A DNA stretch of 32,000 nucleotides. Origin: Mycoplana azooxidifex. Its GTDB lineage: Bacteria; Pseudomonadota; Alphaproteobacteria; Rhizobiales; Rhizobiaceae. Positions 21,560-29,363 of this stretch are shown piece after piece. The notes under the pieces were generated by a model that saw only the letters and a list, made by a program, of their open reading frames with translations, had not been told where the DNA came from and did not search any database. The translations under genes and the position numbers were made by a program. Each line of letters begins with the position of its first letter. The first letter of the stretch is position 1. The DNA is taken from contig NZ_JACIEE010000006.1 of assembly GCF_014196765.1 (NCBI RefSeq), positions 140,963 through 172,962 on the forward strand, in the 5' to 3' direction.

Positions 21560-22627
21560 ATGAAACCCCGAACTGCAGCCGAAGGAAAGAAAACACTTTT
21601 CGGCTGGGACATCGGCGGCGCGCATCTGAAGATGGCGCGGGTCGAAGGCGGCCGGGTAACGCAGGCCCGGACAGTCAAGGCATCGATGTGGCTCGGGCTC
21701 GACGAAGTGCGCGAAGCGCTGGGCCAGTTGCGGCCACTTTTTCAGGGCGATGCGAGCCATGTCTTCACGATGACCGGCGAGTTGTCGGACGGCTTTCCGT
21801 CGCGGGAGGCCGGCATCCGCCAAATCCTGGACTTCATCGCAGAGGAGTTCGGCCGCGACGACGTCTGGATCTACGCCGGCCGTTCCGGTTTCGTGGCCCT
21901 CCCCCATGCTTACGATCTCGGCGCCGACATCGCTTCGGCCAACTGGCATGCGACGGCCGAATTGAGCGCCGCAATCACCGGCGACGGCCTCTTCGTCGAC
22001 ATGGGCTCGACGACGACCGATATCCTGGCGTTCCGGAACGGCCGTCTCTGCAATGACGGCTATTCCGATGCGGAACGTCTGCTGACGGGCGAACTCGTCT
22101 ACACGGGCTTTACGCGCTCGGCGCTGATCGGCATCGCCGAGCGCGTTCCGGTCCGCGGCACGATGACGCCGTTGATGAACGAATATTTCGCCAACACGGC
22201 CGATCTCGGTCGCATTCTCGGAACGCTGGACGAGGCCGACGACCATTATCCCGCGGCCGACCGCAGGGCCAAGTCGCTTGCCGGTTCCATCGGGCGGATC
22301 GCCCGCATGGTGGGTCGCGACAGCTCCGATCTCGACGAGGGCGAATGGATCGATATCGCGCGCTGGTTCAGCGAACACCAGTTGCGCATGATCCACGACG
22401 GCGCATTCAGGGTGGCGGCCAATGCGAAACTGGACAGGAACGCGCCGGTCGTGGGTGCAGGGATCGGTCGGCCGCAGATCATGCAGCTCGCAAAGCGGCT
22501 GGAGCGCCCCTATGTCGACTTCGGCACGCTTGTCGAAGCCTCATCCGAGGCGGCAGGGAACGAGGCAGGCAAGGCCGCGCCGGCCGCTGCCGTCGCCCTG
22601 CTCTGGTCTTCGCGTCACATATCGTAG
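21560..22627 (+). CDS. Hydantoinase/ASKHA-like 'H4MPT-linked C1 transfer pathway' protein (MfnF-like candidate)
   Basis: N-terminal GWDIGGAHLK and a central VDMGSTTTDI, which are ASKHA phosphate motifs, in a family that co-occurs with H4MPT genes. It is the only plus-strand gene in this block. The start is ATG 21560 or ATG 21530; neither has a clear SD. Confidence 0.7.
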   Translation: MKPRTAAEGKKTLFGWDIGGAHLKMARVEGGRVTQARTVKASMWLGLDEVREALGQLRPLFQGDASHVFTMTGELSDGFPSREAGIRQILDFIAEEFGRDDVWIYAGRSGFVALPHAYDLGADIASANWHATAELSAAITGDGLFVDMGSTTTDILAFRNGRLCNDGYSDAERLLTGELVYTGFTRSALIGIAERVPVRGTMTPLMNEYFANTADLGRILGTLDEADDHYPAADRRAKSLAGSIGRIARMVGRDSSDLDEGEWIDIARWFSEHQLRMIHDGAFRVAANAKLDRNAPVVGAGIGRPQIMQLAKRLERPYVDFGTLVEASSEAAGNEAGKAAPAAAVALLWSSRHIS

Positions 22628-22648
22628 GCACGGGCATTCACGACCGCG

Positions 22649-23212
22649 TCAAAGCGTGGCGCGGTGCTTGTTCACCCGTTCCATCAGCCAGTCCCAGGCC
22701 TGCCGCTCATCCGGTCCCGAGGTCTTGTCGATGGCGATCGTCAGATAGGCGATCTCGGCATCGATCTTTTCCTTCGGCAGCATATGCAGCCTGCTCACCA
22801 GGATCGCGAGTTCCAGGACGGCCGCCCTGGCGCGGTTCATCCCGGTAAAGGGCGCATGCGTGGCCTCAGTGACCACCTTGCAGAAATAGCGGGGACGCAT
22901 CTCGTCCTGCGTGACGGACGCGACCTGCAGAACGGAATGGCTGAGTGCGGCCGCAAGTCGCGGGACGGGGCAACCTTCCACCGCGACCACCGGCCAATCC
23001 CGTCGCCCTGTGAGGCAGCCTGCGAAAATCCGCATGTCGTCCGTATAGTTGGCGATGGCAAACGGCACGGCGGCGAGATTTTCCAGGGTCGTGGAGGGCC
23101 GGAACGGCGCGATGACCCATCCGTCGTCCTGCGCGATGATCCCGAGCGGGGCGATATGCACCCGGCCCTCGGTACTGACCGTCGTCACGATCGTTTCGCG
23201 AATGTAGCTCAT
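22649..23212 (-). CDS. DUF447-like (flavin-reductase-like split-barrel) protein
   Basis: 187 aa starting MSYIRETIVTTVSTEGRVHIAPLGI, which resembles DUF447 N-termini. ATG 23212 forms an ATGA overlap with the upstream stop. The ORF-track 78-codon extension lies inside the upstream gene. Confidence 0.65.
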   Translation of the reverse strand: MSYIRETIVTTVSTEGRVHIAPLGIIAQDDGWVIAPFRPSTTLENLAAVPFAIANYTDDMRIFAGCLTGRRDWPVVAVEGCPVPRLAAALSHSVLQVASVTQDEMRPRYFCKVVTEATHAPFTGMNRARAAVLELAILVSRLHMLPKEKIDAEIAYLTIAIDKTSGPDERQAWDWLMERVNKHRATL

Positions 23213-24606
23213 GCGCCGTCCTTCTTCGCCCGCAGCGTATGCCCGGCCTCGGCAAGGCGGGTGCGATCCTCGCGCGTGCGCGGGCTTGCCACGCCCCAGG
23301 CAAGGGGTTCGTCCTGCGAGTAGCGCTTGCCCAGTTTCCAGGCGGTCTCCGCCTTCATCAGTTCGGCCCCGAGATAGAAGGCGTGCGCGCCGTCGTGGGC
23401 GACGTTGAGGTGCGGAAAGAGATCGAAAGCATCCGTGGCCGTCCAATGCCCCTGATTGTTGAAGATATGAATGCCATCCGGCGCGGTCATGATGCGAAAA
23501 TTGGCGTCACGCACGCTGTCAGCCAGAGCCTCGATATCGGCGATGCTGCCGGCAAAGGGCGAGCGGTCGTGGATCTGCAGGAGGCCCGCGTCATAGCCGC
23601 GCGGCAGCGCGTGATCGTGCCGTGCCGCGAACATGATGCGCCGCGCCAGGTCATGCTCCTCCACCGTACGCACCGTATGGGGGCTGACGTTGACGACCAG
23701 CACGTTCTTGATCGCAAGCTCCGAACAGAGGCCCGTCAGGATCGCCGTGACCCCGGACGAATCCGCATCGGTCAATTCGGTCAGGTTGCCGGTGCCCATC
23801 ATCATCTCGACGTCCGGCCAGCGGCGATGGGCCTCGACGAAACGTTCGAGAGACGCGGCAAAGCCGAAATGGATCGGATCGAGAACGGGGTCGGCGATGA
23901 AGGATATGCCGGCTTTCCGCGCCGCATCGATGGCACGTCCGAGCGAGTCGAGATCACCGGGCACGGCCGGAACCAGGACCGGCGTCGCCCTGGAACCGGC
24001 GGCGATGCCGATGGTGTTCTCGTTGAGGCTCAGGAGATAATCGACGCCCGAGCGGGCGGCGAGCGCCAGTTCATCGGGATCGGCGGAATCAACGCTGACG
24101 CAGAGCCCTTCGGCCTTGAGCCGCCCGATCGCGTCTTCCAGATGGGCGAAGGGCGTGTCGGGAAGACAGCCGAGATCGATCACGTCCGCGCCGGCAGCGG
24201 CAAGGGCTTTGGCTCGTAGCATCAGGTCATCCAGCGAAAGGGTCGATGCATCGACGATCTCTGCGAAGATGCGCATGTCGTGGCGCGAGAGGTCGGGCGG
24301 CTTTCCCGCGCGGCCAAGATAGGCGGGCAGATCCGCAACCTCGTCCGGTCCGCGGACGAAAGGCATGCCGAATGTGTCGCTCAGCCGCTCCAACGGCCCC
24401 CGGAAGCGGCCGGGCAGCACCACCCGGTCCGCCTTCAGCGGCCGCGGCAGGCGCCGGCTGACGATCTCCTCCGTCATCAGGGCGGCGACCTTCACGCCGA
24501 TATCGATGATATCGTAGGTGAAGGGGGTCGCTCCCAGCCCGGCGAGAACGTTTTCGAGCCTGGCCTTTGCCAGGTGTCCGGTCAGGAATACGAGATGCTC
24601 AGCCAC
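23209..24606 (-). CDS. Dihydropteroate-synthase-like pterin-binding protein (MptH-type, H4MPT biosynthesis)
   Basis: 465 aa with a central DHPS/pterin-binding TIM-barrel-like region (GADVIDLG ... SVDS ... MMMGTGNLTE) flanked by extra N- and C-terminal domains. GTG start 24606 overlaps the upstream stop (GTGGCTGA). Confidence 0.75.
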   Translation of the reverse strand: MAEHLVFLTGHLAKARLENVLAGLGATPFTYDIIDIGVKVAALMTEEIVSRRLPRPLKADRVVLPGRFRGPLERLSDTFGMPFVRGPDEVADLPAYLGRAGKPPDLSRHDMRIFAEIVDASTLSLDDLMLRAKALAAAGADVIDLGCLPDTPFAHLEDAIGRLKAEGLCVSVDSADPDELALAARSGVDYLLSLNENTIGIAAGSRATPVLVPAVPGDLDSLGRAIDAARKAGISFIADPVLDPIHFGFAASLERFVEAHRRWPDVEMMMGTGNLTELTDADSSGVTAILTGLCSELAIKNVLVVNVSPHTVRTVEEHDLARRIMFAARHDHALPRGYDAGLLQIHDRSPFAGSIADIEALADSVRDANFRIMTAPDGIHIFNNQGHWTATDAFDLFPHLNVAHDGAHAFYLGAELMKAETAWKLGKRYSQDEPLAWGVASPRTREDRTRLAEAGHTLRAKKDGA

Positions 24607-25150
24607 GGCCCTCGACCACTCCCTTCCTGCGCGCCACCGCCAGCTTCAGATCGGCAAAGGATTCGACGACTTCGGTCAATTCGAAGGCCTTGAGACGTTC
24701 GGTGTTTTCCAGATCGATCGGCCGGGGATAGACTTTCACCATCCCGTGCGGTGCCATCGTCTCCAGCTCGGGCGCGGTATCGCAGGCGAAGACGATCGAC
24801 GGGAGGCGGCATTTGCCGGCCTGCGCGTAGACATTCGTGGCGATCGTATCGGAAATGCCCGCCACGCATTTGGCGACCGTGTTCGACGTGGCAGGCGCGA
24901 TCACCACGCTATGGTAGACGCCGTGATAGAATTCACCGACGGGAACCGCGCTCGCCGTCTTATCGTGGAGCACGCGCGTCGTATCCGGAAAATCGAGCTT
25001 CAGCCCGTACATCCGAAGCACCTCGTCCGCGGCCTTCGTCACGAAGACATCGCAATGGTCGAGCGTGCGAATCAGCTCGAAGCACTCGACGAAGAAATGG
25101 CCCGATCCGGTCAGGACCCAGGCCCAGCGCGGCGTCTGCAGCCGCGTCAT
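24599..25150 (-). CDS. AfpA/DmrB-type flavoprotein (candidate dihydromethanopterin reductase)
   Basis: 183 aa with a flavoprotein (CoaC-like) fold: WAWVLTGSGHF ... VIAPATSNTVAK. ATGA overlap with the upstream gene. Confidence 0.7.
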   Translation of the reverse strand: MTRLQTPRWAWVLTGSGHFFVECFELIRTLDHCDVFVTKAADEVLRMYGLKLDFPDTTRVLHDKTASAVPVGEFYHGVYHSVVIAPATSNTVAKCVAGISDTIATNVYAQAGKCRLPSIVFACDTAPELETMAPHGMVKVYPRPIDLENTERLKAFELTEVVESFADLKLAVARRKGVVEGRG

Positions 25151-25785
25151 CGGTGCTCCCCTCCTCCGGTCGCCGCGCGTATTCCGACGCGGGATCCCGG
25201 TATGCTGCTCATGGGCAGATCCGCCAACTGCGTGCGCAGCGACGATGGTCCGGCAATATGCAAGCTTGTCTCCTCCCCAAGCAATTCCGGCAGCATCGCA
25301 TCCACCACGCCCATGTCAACCAATGCCGGCAAACCCTCCGTAAGGGCTTCCGGGTCGACCTGCTTGCACAACAGCAGGTGCCGGCTGCCGATCTGCCGGC
25401 ACAGCCAGGCGGCCAGCGAATCGGACGTGACGTTCCAGGACGGCGCGATGTCGGCATTGCGGGTCATCTGCGAGGCAAGCCACACCGGCACGCCGCCTTC
25501 CGCAAGGATCGCCTCGAACTCGGCGGGTGAACGGGCCGGCTGGAGGCGCGGATGGCGTTCGGCGATGACGATGCCGAACTGTTCCATGGCGAGAATGGCC
25601 ATCTCATGCGCTGCGGCATCGGAGAAATGCATCTCCCTTTGCGCGACGCGCACCTGGTCCGCAAACGGCCCGCCGCCCGGGACGATCACGAGCGGCAGGG
25701 TCGCCGTGGCCAGCACGGCAATCCATTGCTCCATCTCGATACGGCCGGCCGTGCTTCCGCCAAGCTTGACGACCAGCGGCGTCAT
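25147..25785 (-). CDS. Amino-acid-kinase-fold protein (Asp/Glu/uridylate kinase family; MfnE-like candidate)
   Basis: 212 aa starting VVKLGGS, followed by VIVPGGGPFAD, typical of the amino-acid-kinase family. ATGA overlaps at both ends. Confidence 0.7.
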   Translation of the reverse strand: MTPLVVKLGGSTAGRIEMEQWIAVLATATLPLVIVPGGGPFADQVRVAQREMHFSDAAAHEMAILAMEQFGIVIAERHPRLQPARSPAEFEAILAEGGVPVWLASQMTRNADIAPSWNVTSDSLAAWLCRQIGSRHLLLCKQVDPEALTEGLPALVDMGVVDAMLPELLGEETSLHIAGPSSLRTQLADLPMSSIPGSRVGIRAATGGGEHR

Positions 25786-26951
25786 CCCCCTTTCCTTCCT
25801 CCGTCGGTTGACGCCACGACGCGGAGCGGGACCTGCGACCGGTAGCTATCTCTTTTCCGCTCGATCTGTACGCCGACGCCACCCGGACCGAGTTCCAGCT
25901 TCTCCGCCCGCACGACCACGCGGGCGACACGCGGATTCTCGAGAATGAATGCGGCCGTCTGCTCGACAAGCGTCTCGACCAGGTCGACATGGCCTCGCCC
26001 GACAATGGCACGGATGCCGTCCATGATGAGGTCGTAGGAAACGATGTGGTGCATATCCTTCGGATCGCGGGTCACGCGCAGCACGTCCGCCGTCACGTCG
26101 AACCGCACCTTTTGCGGTTTGCCGTGTTCGAAGCTGTAGGCACCGATGTGGACGGGCAGCACGAAATCCCGCACGAAGATCTGGTCCGTGCCGAGATCCT
26201 CGTCCGCCGAACCGGGGAAATAGCCGCGGGCTGCGAGAAGGTTGAGATCGACGCCGGGAGACTTTTCGGCCGGCTGCTCACCCGGAATAAGCGCGCGAAT
26301 CTTCGCCGTTGCTTCGGCGTCGATATCGGCATTCCTGGACATGCCTTCGCAGAGCGCGCCCCGGAATCCGAGGTAATCCGGCTTGCTCGGCAGCAGTCGT
26401 GGAATGTCCGGCGCCTCCAGCGATCCCGCAAGGCCGACCATCAATCCGTGCCGGTGCCCTTCGGCGACGAAATCCGGAATGTGGTCCGGCGTCATATGAT
26501 CCAGCAGGCGCCCCTTCGATTTGTCGTCGGTATCCAGCATGATGCCGTAGAAGCCGGCTTTGGCGAACGATGTCATGACGTCCTCCTCGTATCGATGATC
26601 GGCAAAAAGGACGGCGATCAGCTTCTTCCGGCCGGCCACATCGGCCAGGGCCTCCACGCCCGCCGCGATGGGAGAGGACGGAAGAAATCCGATCTTGATG
26701 AAATCCACACCTGCCGCGGCGATCTCCTCGACCTTTGCCCGCAGCGCTGCGGGATCGCCGGAAAATTCTCCGCAAGCCGCGCTGACAAGCCTCTTGCCGG
26801 CGACGAAGGCGACCACGTCCTTGATGTGGCGAATGTCTGCCGATCCAAGCGCTCCCCGCGCCGGATCCTTGAGATCGATGATGTCCGCTCCCGCCTGCAG
26901 GACGATCTCCGCCTCCTTGCGATCTTGGACGCTGGCCAGCATCAACGTCAT
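25782..26951 (-). CDS. Fusion protein: MfnB-like (DUF556, 4-HFC-P synthase family) N-domain plus dihydroneopterin aldolase (FolB)-like C-domain
   Basis: About aa 1-222 (26286-26951) are MfnB-like (LASVQDRKEAEIVLQAGADIIDLKDP, DFIKIGF). About aa 256-366 (25854-26186) are FolB-like (IFVRDFVLPVHIGAYSFEHGKPQKVRFDV ... SYDLI ... LVETLVEQ ... VGVQIERKR). ATG 26951 follows GGGAGG at 6 nt. Confidence 0.8.
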   Translation of the reverse strand: MTLMLASVQDRKEAEIVLQAGADIIDLKDPARGALGSADIRHIKDVVAFVAGKRLVSAACGEFSGDPAALRAKVEEIAAAGVDFIKIGFLPSSPIAAGVEALADVAGRKKLIAVLFADHRYEEDVMTSFAKAGFYGIMLDTDDKSKGRLLDHMTPDHIPDFVAEGHRHGLMVGLAGSLEAPDIPRLLPSKPDYLGFRGALCEGMSRNADIDAEATAKIRALIPGEQPAEKSPGVDLNLLAARGYFPGSADEDLGTDQIFVRDFVLPVHIGAYSFEHGKPQKVRFDVTADVLRVTRDPKDMHHIVSYDLIMDGIRAIVGRGHVDLVETLVEQTAAFILENPRVARVVVRAEKLELGPGGVGVQIERKRDSYRSQVPLRVVASTDGGRKGG

Positions 26952-27104
26952 AGGACGCCTCCCGACGCACCACATCGTGTCCGGTTGTGACCAGAAAAGA
27001 TGAGTACAAGTATTGAGATTATCGGGGATTTGGTTACAAACATGGTGGGCACCTTAATCTGTACAACGCAGCCGCCTTCTCCGAAGGCGAGCGCAGGACG
27101 TGGT
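26952..27104. promoter_or_regulatory. Divergent control region between the cofactor-biosynthesis operon and the ABC module
   Basis: 153-bp spacer between divergent starts, with an AT-rich core at 26990-27070. It holds three (G/T)TACAA hexamers at 27004, 27034 and 27061, spaced 27-30 bp apart; the last is part of a TGTACA palindrome. Confidence 0.45.
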
Positions 27105-28334
27105 ATGAACATGAAGAGTACGGTGCCGAATACTCTTGTATTTTTTCTCGCCTGTTTTTTCCTGCTCGTCAATGCGCCGCAACCGATGGCGCAGCAGAAA
27201 CCCGCCGCCAAGCCCGTCACGGAAATCCGGATCGGCTATCTCAGGGCCTACGAGCCGCAACTGGCGCTTTCGGTGCTGGACATCCCTCCGGAGGATGAAG
27301 GTGTTGCCGGGGCCAACGTCGCCATCAACGACAACAATACAACCGGAAGCTTTCTCGGGCAGTCCTTCAGCCTGGACGTGGTCCAGACGAAGCGGGAGGA
27401 GGATGTCGTCCCGGTGTTCAGGGAGATGCTGGCGCGCGGCGAGAAATATGTGCTGACCGATATCTCGGCCGGGCAGTTGCTCTCCATCGCCGACCTCGCC
27501 AGAGAAAACGGCGTGCTTCTCTTCAACGTCGGTTCGACGGACGATATCCTGCGCGAGCAGGAATGCCGATCCAACGTCTTCCATACGGCACCGACCCGCA
27601 CCATGCTGGCCGACGGCCTGGCCCAGTATCTGGTCTGGAAGCAGTGGCGCACCTGGGTCCTGCTCTACGGTTCCCACGAACCGGACCAGCTTTATGCCGA
27701 TGCGATCCGGCGAGCGGCAAAACGCTTCGGCGCCAAGATCGTCGAGGAACGGCTCTACGAGGATACGGGCACGGCCCGTAGAACCGACAGCGGCGTGGTT
27801 CAGGTCCAGCGGCAGATGCCGGTCTTCACGCAGAACCTGCCGGCGCATGATGTCGTCATCGTCGCCGACGAGAGCGAGGTCTTCGGCAGCTATGTCCCCT
27901 ACCGGACCTGGGACCCGCGGCCGGTTGCCGGAACCGCGGGCCTGGTCGCTTCCTCCTGGCATCCGGCCAGCGAGCAATGGGGCGGCTCGCAGATCCAGGG
28001 CCGTTTCGAGAAGGCGACCGGACGCCGCATGCTCGGCAAGGACATGCAGGCATGGACGGCGGTCCGTATCCTCGGCGAAGCGGCGACGCGGACCAGCAGC
28101 AATGACACCGCAAAAATCGAAGCCTTCATCAAGGATGAGAATTTTTCGCTGGCTGCCTTCAAGGGCCAGAAGGTGGGCTTCCGCCGGTGGAACTGGCAGC
28201 TTCGCCAGCCGATCTTTCTCGGCGACGGACGCGGCGTGGTCTCCACCTCGCCGCAGGAGGGATTTCTTCATCAATTTTCCGAACTCGATACATTGGGAGT
28301 GGATCAGCCGGAGACGGCCTGCAATCTGAATTGA
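27105..28334 (+). CDS. Periplasmic LivK-like (type I) substrate-binding protein, quinoprotein-dehydrogenase-associated ABC system
   Basis: Sec signal MNMKSTVPNTLVFFLACFFLLVNAPQPMA|QQ followed by a roughly 380-aa type I PBP-like domain. ATG 27105 follows AGGA at 6 nt. The in-frame ATG 27000 would put 35 residues ahead of the signal peptide. Confidence 0.8.
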   Translation: MNMKSTVPNTLVFFLACFFLLVNAPQPMAQQKPAAKPVTEIRIGYLRAYEPQLALSVLDIPPEDEGVAGANVAINDNNTTGSFLGQSFSLDVVQTKREEDVVPVFREMLARGEKYVLTDISAGQLLSIADLARENGVLLFNVGSTDDILREQECRSNVFHTAPTRTMLADGLAQYLVWKQWRTWVLLYGSHEPDQLYADAIRRAAKRFGAKIVEERLYEDTGTARRTDSGVVQVQRQMPVFTQNLPAHDVVIVADESEVFGSYVPYRTWDPRPVAGTAGLVASSWHPASEQWGGSQIQGRFEKATGRRMLGKDMQAWTAVRILGEAATRTSSNDTAKIEAFIKDENFSLAAFKGQKVGFRRWNWQLRQPIFLGDGRGVVSTSPQEGFLHQFSELDTLGVDQPETACNLN

Positions 28335-28356
28335 TAAAAGGGAATGGGAGGAAAGA

Positions 28357-29331
28357 ATGCACAGATATGCCTACCTGCTCGCGGGAACAATCGCGGCTGT
28401 CATCCAGACGGGGCCTGCCTGGGCCAACGCCGTCTACGTCTCCAACGAGAAGGACAACACCGTAACGGTCGTCGATTCCAAGACGATGGAGGTAACGAAG
28501 ACCATCAACGTGGGGCAACGGCCGCGCGGCATCACGGTTTCCCACGACGGGAAGCTTCTTTATGTCTGCGCCAGCGACGACGACACGGTCGAGATCATCG
28601 ATACGGCAACGCATCAGATCATCGGATCGCTGCCATCCGGTCCGGATCCGGAGCTGTTCGTGCTCTCCCCGGACGGCAAGACCCTCTACGTCGCCAATGA
28701 GGACGACAATCTCGTCACCGTCATCGACGTCGACAAGAAGCGCGTCATCACCGAGATACCGGTCGGCGTGGAGCCGGAGGGCATGGGCATCAGCCCCGAC
28801 GGCAAGACCATGGTGAACACCTCTGAGACCACCAATATGGCGCATTTCATCGACACCGCGACCCATGAAATCGTGGCCAACGTGCTCGTCGATTCGCGCC
28901 CGCGCTTTGCCGAATTCAAGCCGGACGGCTCGCAGGTCTGGATATCCGCCGAAATCGGCGGCACGGTCTCCGTCATAGACAATGCCTCGAGAGAAGTCGT
29001 CGAGAAGATCACGTTCGAGATCCAGGGCCTGCGCTCGGAGGCCATTCAACCCGTGGGCGTGCGGATCACCAGCGACGGCAAGAAGGCCTATGTCGCGCTC
29101 GGCCCGGCCAACCGGGTGGCGGTCGTCAATACCGAAACCTACGAGGTCGAGAAATACATCCTCGTCGGGCAGCGTGTCTGGCAGCTGGCGTTCACGCCGG
29201 ACGGCAAGACGCTGATCAGCACCAACGGCCTTTCGAACGATATCACCTTCATCGATACCGCGACCGACGAGCCCATCAAGTCCGTCACCGTCGGCGCACT
29301 GCCCTGGGGCGTGACGGTCGCACCCAACTGA
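28357..29331 (+). CDS. Secreted 7-bladed YVTN beta-propeller protein (PQQ-catabolism-associated type)
   Basis: Signal peptide ending AWA|NA. Seven units of roughly 42 aa each with xYVxNxxxxTVxVIDxxT ... (S/T)xDGK. SD GGGAGGAAAG. Confidence 0.88.
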   Translation: MHRYAYLLAGTIAAVIQTGPAWANAVYVSNEKDNTVTVVDSKTMEVTKTINVGQRPRGITVSHDGKLLYVCASDDDTVEIIDTATHQIIGSLPSGPDPELFVLSPDGKTLYVANEDDNLVTVIDVDKKRVITEIPVGVEPEGMGISPDGKTMVNTSETTNMAHFIDTATHEIVANVLVDSRPRFAEFKPDGSQVWISAEIGGTVSVIDNASREVVEKITFEIQGLRSEAIQPVGVRITSDGKKAYVALGPANRVAVVNTETYEVEKYILVGQRVWQLAFTPDGKTLISTNGLSNDITFIDTATDEPIKSVTVGALPWGVTVAPN

Positions 29332-29335
29332 GTCG

Positions 29336-29352
29336 AATTTTCAATTTTCAAT
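29336..29352. repeat. Tandem AATTTTC x2.4 immediately upstream of the SD of the small ORF
   Basis: aattttc aattttc aat is read directly from the sequence. It forms an AT-rich island in the 32-nt gap between the propeller gene and the next ORF. Confidence 0.9.
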
Positions 29353-29363
29353 GGGAGGAAACC

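Noticed and set aside
27046-27062. Sigma-54-like element (TGGGCAC-N5-TCTG)
   Set aside because: The -24 half is a 5/6 match, but the -12 TTGC/GC element is absent at the required spacing.
27000-27104. In-frame upstream ATG giving a 444-aa SBP
   Set aside because: It would bury the obvious Sec signal peptide 35 residues inside the protein. The region is AT-rich intergenic DNA, and AGGA precedes ATG 27105.
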